Shown here piece after piece: positions 1-12,860 of a stretch of DNA of 38,088 bases. The translations under genes and the position numbers were made by a program. The notes beneath the pieces are model-generated. The model ran no database searches, was not told the DNA's origin, and saw only the letters and a program-made list of their open reading frames with translations. Each line of letters starts with the position of its first letter. Position 1 is the stretch's first letter. The stretch is taken from the NCBI GenBank assembly GCA_002269645.1, contig NIVC01004687.1, positions 1 to 38,088 of the forward strand, read 5' to 3'. The DNA comes from Macrostomum lignano. Taxonomy: Eukaryota.

Positions 1-281
1 ACCTACGCGACCTCTCTCTCCTTTTCCTATCTCTTTTTCGTCTCCAAATGTCAGTGTTTTTTTACGTAGCTGCGCGTGTCGCATCTTTTTCTAATTTTCT
101 AATGTAAATAAACGATATGCTCTACTAATAAGTAGAATGTAAAATGCCGGCTCCACCTACTCTCGGCCCAAACCCGGATCTTTCTCTCTGACGTTTTCAG
201 GCCTGAGAATTGCGTGAATCATGCGAGATACAGACATACAGACAAGCAGACACAGACAGACAGACGCAAAGAGACCCTGAC

Positions 282-497
282 CTGCTGGTTAGGCCTATTG
301 AACCGGCCACTGCCGCCATAGCCGTTAGGAACGAACTGCTGCCGTACTGCTGCTGCTGCTGCTGCTTGCCGTAGAAAGCCGCCATCGCCGCCGCCGCCGC
401 CGCCATAGTTGTTGCTGTCGCGCCAGTTGCCGCCGCCGCCGCCGCGTGCATTTGCTGCTGACCGCCCGGGTGGTAACCGGCGAATGGACAAATCGCT
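282..497 (-). CDS. Internal exon of an unidentified low-complexity Gly/Arg/Asn-rich protein (gene continues off the left edge)
   Basis: Pyrimidine-rich acceptor (ttttctccaatttctgtctctcaccatcaaag|AGC) at 498 and donor CAG|GTCAGG at 281. The exon is 216 nt, phase 0-0, and reads SDLSIRRLPPGRSAANARGGGGGNWRDSNNYGGGGGGDGG...GRFNRPNQQ. Confidence 0.55.
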
Positions 498-748
498 CTT
501 TGATGGTGAGAGACAGAAATTGGAGAAAATCATCTTTGGAGTTTCGTTATTTACGAGCAAAGAACAAAAATGATTCTGCATCGCTTTAGAGTTGAGTTTT
601 TTAAACAAGGGCAATACAAATCAACAGATAGCAAACTATTTGTAGCCTTTAAAAGTTCAAAACAGAAATGATAAAATAACACAAAACAGTCCAATTTTCT
701 GTGTGCGAGCGATGGCAGATAGTCAGGCAGACGGACAGACTGATCTCC

Positions 749-876
749 TTGGCGCAACGCCTTTGGCGACATCGTCCACAACAGCAGCGCTGAGGCAATT
801 CTGCCCATTCAAGCGCGCCAATACTGTACTCAGGCACGCACTCACACACAAGCTCATACAGGGTGCACACAGCCCC
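749..876 (-). repeat. Copy A of an unclassified dispersed ~130-bp repeat (family X)
   Basis: The reverse complement shares CCCTGT..GTGAGTGCGTGCCTG.GTACAGTATTGGCGC..., AATGGGCAG..TTGCCTC and GATGTCGC with copies at 2036, 23086, 25069 and 33492. Confidence 0.6.
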
Positions 877-1003
877 GACTTTCTAATCGTCAGGCATGTA
901 CACTCTGATCAAACGACGACCACCCTAGAAACTTTTTCATGCACGAACCCCAAATGAATGTGGTTTCACACGGAATCGAACCAGAGGGTCGGTGGCGCAC
1001 AGT

Positions 1004-1217
<214 letters not shown>

Positions 1218-2035
1218 GAGATGACAGACACATTTGCAACAGGCAGACGGACAGGAACCATAAATTTAAAATACAAAAGCATTTGTCTCTTTAACTTGAA
1301 ACAAAAACTGGCAACAAAAATGGCGTCATGCTTACGCCAGCAATTGAGTGTGGCCTGTCACCTGACCAATGAATGGGACAGAACGTCGCGATGAGTGGAG
1401 TAGGGAGTCTGGCAGCGGACAGAATCGCGTGCCCAGCCTTGGACCGCACACAGCTCACTTGCCTCCCCCCCCCCCCCAAATCAATCAATCAGCAGACAGT
1501 ACCATTCCCATTGGCGTGAATTGGGCCAGTTTGTGATAAGCAGTGAGCAAAATGTATAAAATGAAATGGAAGGAAGCTATTGAGCCAGACTCCAGCTATT
1601 CCCCAACTAGCTAATAATACTAATTGACTGCTGTCTACACTTGCTGGATAATGAGCGGGCCATTTACTAATGAAACAATTCTGCGAGTATATAGTTCAGG
1701 CTAAAATCCTTCACTACCTGACGGGACGATTGACACTCACTGCAAGAATAAAAGTCCATTAACATTATTTCTGCTTATAATCTGCTAAAAGTCAGACAAT
1801 ACCGTAGTAACTGCTAAACAGAGCAAAGTAATGTATAGATGTTCACATTCGTACCAACTTTTTGCATGTGCTTTTTGCCATTCCGGATTAGGGGGCATAG
1901 TTGCATTTAGGCATAGTTGTCTAGAACGGCGCCAGCGCTTATGGTGCCAGCGGCCAAGGCTCGATTTCTTGGCTTGGCTCTGCTCGTGCAATTAACGCCC
2001 TTAAGGGCCAACCCTTAAGGATAAATAAAGTTAGA

Positions 2036-2181
2036 GCCGCTGTACACTCCTGTGTGAGTGTGTGCCTGTGCGTATGACTGCGTACGTATCCGCGCGCTTG
2101 AGTGCCTGCTCAGGGGGGTCCGCGGAATGGGCAGCAATGCCTCTCCCCGGTTGTGTGCCAATGTCGCTTAAAGTGCGCCAA
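2036..2181 (+). repeat. Copy B of dispersed repeat family X
   Basis: GCCGCTGTACAC..CTGTGTGAG...TGCTCAGG...GCGGAATGGGCAG...ATGTCGC...GCGCCAA. Confidence 0.55.
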
Positions 2182-2455
2182 TGAGCTTTTTGGATTCAAA
2201 AGTGCCATTTTTGGATCCAATGGTGCCATATTGAATCGAACGGTGCCCCTTTTTAGATATGAAATTTTTAGAATATAGGATGGCACTGTTGTGCTATTTT
2301 CGATGCTGAAGGGCCATTTGGAATTTTGAAGTTACCATCCGAGCATAAATTTGAAGTATTGTACATTAGTGATACATTTATTTAATGCATTCAGTTAAAC
2401 TACTGGTTACTGCTACCTGTACATGAGCACTTGCTAATCATGCGATTGCTCCTAC

Positions 2456-2605
2456 CCGATCAAATTTGCCGCCTCCAGTTCGAACGCCCCCGAAGCCGCT
2501 GCCGCCGCCTCCGCCCACGCTACCGTTCGCGGCGTCGGAGTTTCCGGCTGCCGCTGTGTCCGGCAAATCGTCCAGATCTTCAGCTGACGGCTGCTGCTGC
2601 GCGTC
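2456..2605 (-). CDS. Internal exon of the same low-complexity protein (putative)
   Basis: Acceptor cctttcttcacttaccaatggccag|GAC and donor CGG|GTAGGA. The exon is 150 nt, phase 0-0, compatible with exons 8426-8635 and 282-497, and reads DAQQQPSAEDLDDLPDTAAAG...GGGGGSGFGGVRTGGGKFDR. Confidence 0.5.
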
Positions 2606-2686
2606 CTGGCCATTGGTAAGTGAAGAAAGGTTTTGATAAATTTCAAAACTGTTGCAGCGCAAGAATGAAAGCTGCTGGATCTCAGA

Positions 2687-3506
2687 CCTCGTATCTATTG
2701 GATCTCAAATCTACCGAACTCATATCTATTGGATCTCAAATCTACCGAACCTCAAATCTATTGGATCTCAAATCTACCGAACCTCATATCTATTGGATCT
2801 CAAATCTACCGAACCTCATATCTATTGGATCTCAAATCTACCGAAACTCATATATATTGGATCACAAATCTACCGAAACTCATATCTATTGGATCTCAAA
2901 TCTACCGAACCTCAAATCTATTGGATCTCAAATCTACCGAACCTCATATCTATTGGATCTCAAATCTACCGAACCTCATATCTATTGGATCTCAAATTTA
3001 CCGAACCTCATATCTATTGGATTTCAAATCTACCGAACCTCATATCTATTGGATCTCAAATCTACCGAACCTCATATCTATTGGATTTCAAATCTACCGA
3101 ACCTCATATCTATTGGATCTCAAATCTACCGAACCTCATATCTATTGGATCTCAAATCTACCGAACCTCATATCTAGTGGATCTCAATCTACCGAACCTC
3201 AAATCTATTGGATCTCAAATCTACCGAACCTCAAATCTATTGGATCTCAAATCTACCGAACCTCATATCTATTGGATCTCAAAACTACCGAACCTCAAAT
3301 CTATTGGATCTCAAATCTACCGAACCTCAAATCTATTGGATCTCAAATCTACCGAACCTCATATCTATTGGATATCAAAACTACCGAACCTCAAATCTAT
3401 TGGATCTCAAATCTACCGAACCTCAAATCTATTGGATCTCAAATCTACCGAACCTCAAATCTATTGGATCTCAAATCTACCGAACCTCATATCTATTGGA
3501 TCTCAA
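2687..3506. repeat. 32-bp minisatellite (ATCTATTGGATCTCAAATCTACCGAACCTCAT), ~25 copies
   Basis: Direct tandem units. The 32-aa periodicity of the overlapping ORFs equals 3 x 32 nt. Confidence 0.97.
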
Positions 3507-4110
3507 CGCAACCGAAGCACGGAATTCCTAGCTAGCCCAAGACGAATCCGTAAAAAAGTACAGAGAATCAGAGATAGCAAATTAAGCTGAAAAAATGCGC
3601 ATACGAAGAGGCAAGGATAAGAGGGCGGTAGCGCGAGTGTACAAAGTAACAAGTAATGCCAATTATGGCCAGATCTTTGTGGTCGGGGTCACAGCAAATA
3701 AAGTGGAGTGCACACAGACTGACTAGCACTAAAAACTGTCTTCGTTGAAGCCTAAAAATAAAACCGAAAGAGAGAAAACACACAGATAGAGAAGATAGAA
3801 AATGAGGCAGGAGGCGGAGGTGGAGAATAGCACAGGCAGTCATAACCCCCCCCCCCATGGGAAAGTAATAACAAGAATGGACCAGATATTTCAACTCTTG
3901 TTAAAGCGAGGCTTCGAAAGGCACCGGCGTGAGACAGGGGTGAGCTAGCTAGTGAAACTAGTGCGAAATAACCATAATACACAAGCGCACACGCACACAA
4001 ATGGCCCCCTGTTGCTACCGGCTTGCCGCATAGCGCATTAAGCATCTAAGACTCAAGCATAAGCCGCCGCTTAGTATAGAAAGAAAACATTTCACTCGGC
4101 TGAACTAGAG

Positions 4111-4622
4111 CAGGGGTTGGCAACACATTTTTACCCCGAGGGCCAGATGCAGAATCCAGCGCATGACTGCGGGCCGGACAAGAGAGAAAGAAGAGAGAGG
4201 AAAGCACGAGAAGAGAAAATAGAGGAGAGAAGACAGAGGAGGGAAGAGAGAATAGAAAAAGGGAGAGGAGAGGAGAGAAGAGGGAGATGAGGACAGAAGA
4301 GAGAGTAGAGAAGAGAGGAGAGGAGAGGGAGAGGGAAGAGTCCTCAAAGCCCAAACCCCAAAGCACTGAAACGGTAACGCAGATGTCAAAGCAAAGTGCC
4401 GATATTGTATATCTTTCTCAAGACTATTACTCCTCAGGGGAGTGAGAGTGATTAAAGAAGAAAGAATAGGAGAGAGAGACGAGAGACGAGAGGAGACAGG
4501 AGAGAAGATTGGAGACAAGGGAGCAGTTGAGAAGAGACACAAACGGATTGCTATTGTGAAGTTTTACGGGGGACCCGACGGCCGGACATGAGGCTTCGCG
4601 GGCCGCAGTTTGCCGACCCCTG
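4111..4622. mobile_element. Non-autonomous hAT (Buster/Charlie-like) MITE, 512 bp, with GA-rich interior
   Basis: TIRs CAGGGGTTGGCAAC (4111) and GTTTGCCGACCCCTG (ends 4622). Exact 8-bp TSD AACTAGAG at 4103-4110 and 4623-4630, with the central TA typical of Buster-type targets. Confidence 0.9.
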
Positions 4623-5505
4623 AACTAGAGATAGAAAAGTGAGTAGAGGTGCGGGGAGAAAAACAAAACGGACCCAAGCACGAAGCACAGAGAGAAGTGT
4701 TTGGTGTCTTCGTAATAAATAAACTTTTACCGCAGAGCAGACAGGCCCCCCAAATTGAACTAATTCTAAATCACTTGTGGTATATCAAACACACGCGTCC
4801 ATGACACTTGTTCAAGGATAAAATAGCACAACATTTCTGATATTGAATAGCCAGCCAAACTTAACAGAAGTGACTGGCCCCTAGTATAAGATTGCACAGA
4901 CTTAGCGCACTGACATATAAGCTAAAATGGCGCAGGTGGGAAAGGCAAGACAAGGGTATGCACAACCTATCTCTCTCCCTCTCTTTCTCCACCTCTCAAC
5001 CGCCCGCGCTTGCACTTTACGCAGACCGAACAGATTCGGAATTCAGCCACTCAACCCCCTTCCAGAGCGCGGGCTAGACCAAGGAGTCCTTAGAGCTAGA
5101 ACCTGAAGCAATAGTCCCCTCACCTATAGACAACTCTAGGCTGACTGCAGTTTATTACATAAACTAATCATAACTTCGGTTTGGTGTTAAACTGATTCCT
5201 TACAACAAATTTTGCCTACAGTTATCTGAAAATGGTGGGTAGAGCGGTCTACTACTACTCCAGGATTCTGGTGCCAGAATTCTTTGGCTGGATAAAAACA
5301 ACATTTCGGAATAGACAGAAATTTTCAAGCCCAGCAGCTGCACAGCAGTGAGTGGGACGTGGAGACCCTCGTGCAGACTGACTGCACTCGGTGTACTGGG
5401 CTGGCTTGGCTTGTGGCGGCTTGGTTGCTGCACTTTTTAACTACTAATATAAAAGTATTTGCTATTTTATCTATAGGTGTGTGTTGCCGCAATCAGTGAC
5501 TAATG

Positions 5506-5648
5506 CAGAGGTTGGCAAATTTTTCTTACCTCAATGGCCGGATAAATAATAAAAGGACTAGAGGAGAGAAGAAAGCTGAGAAAAGACACAAATCTCTTCT
5601 CTTCCAAAAAGCCGGATAGAGAGGCTTCATGGGCCGGAGTTTTCCGGG
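5506..5648. mobile_element. Truncated second copy of the hAT MITE family
   Basis: Left end CAGAGGTTGGCAAA preceded by GACTAATG (nnnTAnnn). It later contains GAGGCTTCATGGGCCGGAGTTTTCCG, matching the subterminal right end of 4111-4622. The terminal bases and second TSD are missing. Confidence 0.55.
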
Positions 5649-5719
5649 GGTAGGGTTTCATATCTCCGAAAGCAGCTTCTTTCACAACTCTGACACTCCA
5701 CACTCCGTATCTGCGACAA

Positions 5720-6434
5720 TTCATATCTCCTAAATTTCATCTCGCCGACACTTCATATCTCCGACATTTCATATCTTCGACACTTCATATCTTCGACATT
5801 TCATATCTCCGACATTTCATACCTCCGACACTTCATATCTCCTAAATTTAATCTCGCCGACACTTCATATCTCCGACATTTCATATCTCCGACACTTCAT
5901 ATCTTCGACATTTCATATCTCCGACATTTCATACCTCCGACACTTCATATCTCCTAAATTTAATCTCGCCGACACTTCATATCTCCGACATTTCATATCT
6001 CCGACACTTCATATCTCGGACACTTCATATCTCCGACACTTCATATCTCCTAAATTTAATCTCGCCGACACTTCATACCTCCGACACTTCATATCTCCTA
6101 AATTTAATCTCGCCGACACTTCATATCTCCGACATTTCATATCTCCGACACTTCATATCTCGGACACTTCATATCTCCTAAATTTAATCTCGCCGACACT
6201 TCATATCTTCGACACTTCATATCTTCGACATTTCATATCTCCGACACTTCATATCTTCGACATTTCATATCTCCGACACTTCATATCTTCGAAATTTAAT
6301 ATCTCCTAAATTTAATCTTTCTGACACTTAATCTCCGAAATTCATATCTCCGAAACTTAACCTCAACGAATTTCATATCTCCGACATTTTATATATTCGA
6401 CACTTCGTATTTCTGAAAGTTCATATCTCCGACA
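5720..6434. repeat. 16-bp minisatellite (TTCATATCTCCGACAC) with higher-order variants
   Basis: About 44 units. The variant 'cctaaatttaatctcgcc' recurs at 5731, 5843, 5955, 6051, 6099 and 6179 (spacings 112, 112, 96, 48, 80, all multiples of 16). Confidence 0.95.
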
Positions 6435-7458
6435 AGAGTTTAGCAAGCCTCTTTCACAACTTCGAAGCTTCATAAATCGAAGTATGCAAACTTCTTTTGC
6501 AAAGATCCTTTTGCCCCCCCCCCCAACCTTAAGATTTATTGAATCTGTATGGCCAGGTAAAACAGAGTGTTAATATTGAGACCCCATCAACAAGAAAGTA
6601 CAGGAAGAACTTCAATTTCTAAAATACTTAACTTTGATTCATCTAGTCATCGACCACTGCCGAAAGTGAAGGCACTTCCGCTGTGCTGAGCCAAATGGTG
6701 GGTTTTATCAATAGCATGGAGTCTAACTGTGTTAAGCTAAGCTCAATTCTTGAAATCACAATTTTCAGTTTAAACGAATTTCATATCAGTTAAAGCACGG
6801 ATTAAAATGCTTGCAGCGAAAGCTTCAAATCTGACCAGAACGGAAATCGCTCACAAAGGCGTGACTACCAGGGACTTTATTATCACTAGCTTCTTTAGTA
6901 CCAGAAGTTCCCTAAATACACTTTGATTACCGCATTGTAATTCGCCTAAACAGATTTTCATTACCCTTTATAAATCCTTTAAATAGCTTCTCAGTGCCCT
7001 AGATAACTCCCCTAAACAGCTTCTCGTTATCTAAAGTTAGAGTATACGCTAATGATAGTCATACTCGTACAGATAGTGGGAATCAACTTCCTTTCCTTTG
7101 ATGGTGCGAAAACAATATCAGTGATGTTCATTTCGCTTTTACACTTCATGGATAATAATGTGGCGTTGTAATACAGGTATCAACTAATTATAGGAGAAAG
7201 TCTAGTCTGAGGGGTTTATCTTACCGGAACTGTTGCCATTAGCAGCGGGTGCGAGGCAGTCGTCTCTGACTGCACTGCTACAGCAGAAACTTGAAACATT
7301 GCGCTAACAATCTGCGTCCCTAATTAGGATATTCTTCGAAAAAATCCCTTATAGCTAAGTTTGCTGTGCTGAAATGCTTTGCTAAAGACTTTAGACAGGA
7401 TTAAACTAAGACACCTCCGTTCTCTAAGCACTGCTTCCATTATGGTCAATGGTCATGG

Positions 7459-8115
7459 AGGACAGGGGAACCAGGCTACTCGAGGACAGGGGAACAGGCT
7501 ATTTGAAGACAGGGAAACAGGCTATTTGAAGACAGGGAAACAGGCTACTCAAGGACAGGGAAACAGGCTACTCAAGGACAGGGGAACAGGCTATTTGAAG
7601 ACAGGGAGACAGGCTACTCGAGGACAGGGGAAACAGGCTACTTGAAGACAGGGGAAACAGGCTACTTGAAGAAAGGGGAAACAGGCTACTCGAGGACAAG
7701 AGAAACAGGCTACTTGAAGACAGGGGGAACAGGCTACTTGAAGACAGGGGAACAGGCTACTTGAAGACAGGGGGAACAGGCTACTTGAAGACAGGGGAAC
7801 AGGCTACTTGAAGACAGGGGGAACAGGCTACTTGAAGACAGGGGAACAGGCTACTTGAAGACAGGGGGAACAGGCTACTTGAAGACAGGGGAAACAGGCT
7901 ACTTGAAGAAAGGGGAAACAGGCTACTTGAAGAAAGGGGAATAGGCTACTTGAAGACAGGGGAACAGGCTACTTGAAGACAGGGGAAACAGGTTATTTTA
8001 GGACAGGGGGAAACAGGCTACTTGAAGACAGGGGGAACAGGCTACTTGAAGACAGGGGAACAGGCTACTTGAAGACAGTGGGAAACAGGCTACTTAAAGA
8101 CAGAGGAAACAGGCT
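7459..8115. repeat. 23-24-bp minisatellite (ACAGGCTACTTGAAGACAGGGG(G)A(A))
   Basis: About 28 tandem units with variable G and A run lengths. Confidence 0.95.
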
Positions 8116-8425
8116 TTAGAGTATTGATTTAAGTACATGGGAAACAGGCTACTGAAGGACAGGGGAATAAGCTAGTTAAAATCTGAACTAAAAATGGTTT
8201 GCCTGTAGTAGGTATCTATGTCTGTCGGTATGTGATCGTTTTCAGAAAAACCGCCTCAACCAATTTTCTTCAAACTTGCACCATAGACAACTGAAATTCA
8301 GAGGCCTAGATTAACAGGCTAATCAAGAACTGAAGCCTGGATCAACAAGCTAATCAAGGACTGGGGATTTCGTACAACAGTCTACAAAAGTACAATCAAC
8401 AATACAGAGCAAGGCAGCAACGCAC

Positions 8426-8635
8426 CTCAGGCGATTCCGCAGTACAGTAATCGTCGGTCTGCTCAGCAGGGGCAGCCGCTGCATCAGGTTCCTCCGCTTT
8501 CCCAGACACCTTTGCTGCCTTATCGTCTGAGCCAAGTGTTTCAGTCGGTATCTTTTGCTCCTGCTCTTGATCATCAGACTTTGGCACCTCAGCCTCTGGT
8601 GTCTGCTGCACATCATTGTTGCTAGTTTCAGTCAT
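8426..8635 (-). CDS. Probable first coding exon of the low-complexity protein (acidic N-terminus)
   Basis: Acceptor tttttatcag| at 8644, ATG at 8635 and donor GAG|GTGCGT at 8425 (phase 0). Reads MTETSNNDVQQTPEAEVPKSDDQEQEQK...AESPE. Confidence 0.55.
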
Positions 8636-8985
8636 AATTACCACTGATAAAAACTGTTCACTCTTCTTCTTTGCTGCTAAAAACTTATCCTTCCGATTTT
8701 GTTAATAATAAAAATGATAAAGTTAAATCAATATATCAAGGCTTTGAATGATTTCTTGCCGCAGTAAATGACAATCAAATTGACTAATTATGAGATGCAG
8801 TTAAAAAATATAAAATTGTCAACTAAAAATGTAAGTACCTGAGAATAAAAGAATATATATTTCGAATTTGTCTTTAGTCTGTTTATTAATTTAATAAAAA
8901 TTCTTTGTAAACTGCCGCTGTTGAGTTGGATGACTGGGTCAAGTTGACGGGCGGCTCTGCTGCTGAAATTCGATAAATGGACAAC

Positions 8986-10007
8986 TTTTGAGCAATTGGT
9001 GGATAAGCTTTGAGCTGCGAGTGGGTAGATTTTGAGCAATTGGTGGATAAGCTTTGAGCTGCGAGTGAGTAGATTTTGAGCAATTGGTGGATAAGCTTTG
9101 AGATGCGAGTGAGTAGATTTTGAGCAACTGGTGGATATAACCTTTGAGATGCGAGTGAGTAGATTTTGAGCAACTGGTGGATATAACCTTTGAGATGCGA
9201 GTGAGTAGATTTTGAGCAACTGGCGGATAACCTTTGAGATGCGAGTGAGTAGATTTTGAGCAACTGGCGGATAACCTTTGAGCTGCGAGTGAGTAGATTT
9301 TGAGCAACTGGCGGATAACCTTTGAGCTGCGAGTGAGTAGATTTTGAGCAACTGGTGGATATAACCTTTGAGATGCGAGTGAGTAGATTTTGAGCAACTG
9401 GTGGATATAACCTTTGAGATGCGAGTGAGTAGATTTTGAGCAACTGGTGGATATAACCTTTGAGATGCGAGTGAGTAGATTTTGAGCAACTGGCGGATAA
9501 CCTTTGAGATGCGAGTGAGTAGATTTTGAGCAACTGGCGGATAACCTTTGAGCTGCGAGTGAGTAGATTTTGAGCAACTGGCGGATAACCTTTGAGATGC
9601 GAGTGAGTAGATTTTTAGCAACTGGTGGATATAACCTTTGAGATGCGAGTGAGTAGATTTTGAGCAACTGGCGGATAACCTTTGAGCTGCGAGTGAGTAG
9701 ATTTTGAGCAACTGGTGGATATAACCTTTGAGATGCGAGTGAGTTGATTTTGAGCAACTGGTGGATATAACCTTTGAGATGCGAGTGAGTAGATTTTGAG
9801 CAACTGGTGGATATAACCTTTGAGATGCGAGTGAGTAGATTTTGAGCAACTGGCGGATAACCTTTGAGATGCGAGTGAGTAGATTTTGAGCAACTGGTGG
9901 ATATAACCTTTGAGATGCGAGTGAGTAGATTTTGAGCAACTAGTAGACAAGATTTGAGCGTGAATGAGTACATTTTGAGCAACTGGTGGAGAGTGAGTAG
10001 ATTTTGA
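8986..10007. repeat. 44/46-bp minisatellite (AGATGCGAGTGAGTAGATTTTGAGCAACTGGTGGATATAACCTTTG)
   Basis: About 22 units, with interspersed 46-bp (GGTGGATATAA) and 44-bp (GGCGGATAA) variants. Confidence 0.97.
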
Positions 10008-10332
10008 TTAGAGCGGTAACAAGCATCATTACTACATTAGCCAGTAGGCAGTCTATACCAAGAACATCTAGCCACAGTCGCACCCCGACTGCCTGATCTC
10101 TGTAATCGAATTCGTACACACACAGTCTGAGACTGGCTAAACATGGCTAATCATAACTAATTTTAACAAGCTAAACTACTGATTTCGGAGTCCGAGACAG
10201 AAGCGGCGCAATAAATAAAAGGGCTAGAAAAAATAAAAGAAGCGCAGAGAAAATAGACACAAGTTTTTCTCTCGCGCACGTAGGCGTAAAAAGAACACCG
10301 CAGCGCGCCCAACAGCAAGAAGGTCACAAGCG

Positions 10333-10437
<105 letters not shown>

Positions 10438-11379
10438 AGGAAAAGGAATTTCTGAATAAAATAAAAAAGGCAAAATGGCTTGTTGGACACGCGCGAGCAT
10501 ATGGCCAGCAATGACGGCGGCAAACCTAGGTTATACATAACACACCATACCGAGACTGCCCAGAGGGGGGGGGCTTTCTAATTCTCCAGTCGCCAGCCAC
10601 TGTCGAATTTCGCACTCGCTTAACTAACTATAAGGATAGAGGCGGGAAAATCTAAAAATAGCATCAACACAAGGATTTAGATTCGGAGAGAGAGGGAGAG
10701 AGAGAGAATGGGCCCGCTTTACACGCTGTAGCTTAGGCTTAGCTGGACCCTAATGCATCGCGCCCCGCCTATGCATACATATATGACTTCCTCTACTCCT
10801 ATGCTCGAGAGTGACATCAGTGACAGCATCGTAATGGGGGCAGAAGGGAAATGAGACAGAGCTTTGGGTGGAAGCTTAAAACAGCACGGCATGGATGAGG
10901 AGAGTGTGGAGAATACGAAATGGATGCTGCATACAGACAAAAACGACAGGATTTATGCTGATGTGCTCAAGTGCTGATATATGATACTTATTTGTGCAAA
11001 CAGATATAGTAATATTAGGCAGAAAATATGCCAAGAAATGGATCACTCAGCAATTGAATTAAATAAAATGATTGGAAATATTATGCAGAGCAATAGATCA
11101 GCAAATTCAATGCATATTATTTGCATAACAATTAAATTCTTACTTCTACCATATATTATAGTCAATTATATATCTTGCATTTTATAAAATTCTAAGAGTA
11201 ATAAGAATCAGTATAATAATTAAAAAGCTTGATTAAAATCTAAAAAAACTAGAGCAATAAAGGCTTATTTGTAAACAAACTATCTATACCATTGAAATGG
11301 TTGATTATTAATAAGCATACTAACAATCAGTGTCCCCATTGAAGGGGCAAAAAAGAATGCAATAAGAATTTTCTGACCT

Positions 11380-11545
11380 TTTAGCAATTCCCTCTATCAG
11401 TCTCGACAGCTTAGCAATTCTCCCTATAAGCCTTGATATCTTAGCAATTTCCCTACAAGCCATATATATGTAGTGTAGGGCAATTGTTTCTGTAAGCCTT
11501 GATATTTCAGCAATTCCCCTTGTAAGACCTGATATCTCAGCCATC
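11380..11545. repeat. Degenerate ~30-bp tandem repeat (TTAGCAATTCCCCTATAAGCCTTGATATC-like)
   Basis: About 5 diverged units. Confidence 0.7.
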
Positions 11546-11939
11546 TTGACATGATGCTTCCTTTATTCTAACAGGATACTTCTTTGATATTTTACATGAT
11601 AAAATTAATATTTTTTAATATTTAATCCCTTAACTATTGAACAATTTCTTAGCCACAATATATACTATCATAGGAAATTTTCTGATCAAATGGTGTTAGC
11701 TTTATGAAAAAAATTGGTTGGACCATTCTTTTCTAGAATTATTTATATATGTATCTATCTACCTAGAAACAAATCATTTTTAGTATTGAAAAAGAAAACA
11801 TTTAAGCAATATTTTACTTCTAATCTATTACAAATCAGAATAAAAATATAGACATTTATATAGTCAGTCAATTTTATTTTACTTTTTAGCAAGTAACAAT
11901 AAAGCAAGAGAATAAGCTGGCTAGTATCCTTACAAAAGT

Positions 11940-12860
11940 TGGCACCTCTAGCACTTCTTGGGCCCAAATATATTGTCTCAATTCCTAGCTATATTATTTG
12001 CTCACATATTAAAATGTGGATCAGAACCAGTGTTGCCACTCACACATTAGAGAAAAAAATTGCAGGCTTATAAAAAATTGCCAAATCCTTAGATTTCATA
12101 GCACCCATAGTTCCAGCAGAGTTAGTGGACCTCATAGTGAATAGGCATACCTATATATATCAGCTGGTCCAGCTTAGCCAGTGGAATTACATTAGGAAGG
12201 TTCTTTGCTACAAACTAGACCTTCTTTGCTCTAATACAAGTAAAAGATGATATGTCCAGAAATATCAGGCTATGGAGCATTCTAGATTGAAATGGCAGGT
12301 TCTTCTATAGGTAGGTTGCAAGACCTTGAAGACAAAAAGCTAAGGCTTGGCACTTGGACCCTCACCCAGCAACTCTTTGGTATTAAACTGATACCAATTT
12401 TTTTCAATGGAAGGTGGACAATAGCACTCTAGAAGTTGATTTAGTGCATATAATTCTTAGCCAGCATAGACTGCTGCACAAATTATATAGCAATGGACTC
12501 AACAGTTGAATGTTCTGCTTGTGGATTTCATGAATGAGCAGTGTTGTCTTGCTGTAGAAGGCGCAGAACATAGATGGCAAAACTAATTGCCAATCAAGTC
12601 ATAATGTTCTGTAGAGCTTTGCCAATGCGCTGGATCTGAGCATTGGATGCAGCTAGAGCATTGCGAGTATCTCAGCCAAGCTGTTTTACAAAGTATATCA
12701 TCAGCACACTCCATTGCTGCTGGAGTTGCTTGAGGCAGGGCAACAGCACCAATCAGTGCATTGGCACATTATGGAGGAATTTAAGTGTGACCATATTCAG
12801 TACCTCTTGAAGGGCTTTGAACTCCTTTGTCCTCTTTGGGCCCTTGGAAAATGCTTCTAT
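11940..12860 (-). pseudogene. Heavily decayed hAT-type transposase remnant
   Basis: Manual translation of 12850-12685 gives FSKGPKRTKEFKALQEVLNMVTLKFLHNVPMH*LVLLPCLKQLQQQWSVLMIYF. This resembles the hAT segment S-P-K-R...(V)P-T-R-W-L...L-E-Q-W..L..Y-F. A weak CER-like (CEQ) dimerisation-domain trace lies near 11980. Many stops; boundaries uncertain. Confidence 0.55.

Noticed and set aside
960-1000. Isolated B-box GGTTCGATTCC on the minus strand
   Set aside because: No A box or cloverleaf; the upstream region is microsatellite.
2160-2330. Clustered GTGCC/GGCAC motifs, with a similar GCACC/GGTGC cluster at 18770-18835
   Set aside because: Reminiscent of hAT subterminal repeats, but no matching TIR pair or TSD was found.
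2431-2621. Plus-strand exon ending at GTAAGT (2616)
   Set aside because: The donor is good, but no partner exon was found. The minus-strand reading has both splice sites in phase with two other exons. Not fully excluded.
2620-3590. Long ORFs (185-312 aa) in all three plus frames
   Set aside because: They are translations of the 32-bp minisatellite. All frames give the same 32-aa cycle and there are no domain features.
8530-8580. CTGATGA...GAAAC on the minus strand (hammerhead-like core)
   Set aside because: No stem II or stem I complementarity, and it lies in a likely coding exon.
8788-9982. ORFs of 215-383 aa on the minus strand
   Set aside because: They are translations of the 44/46-bp minisatellite.
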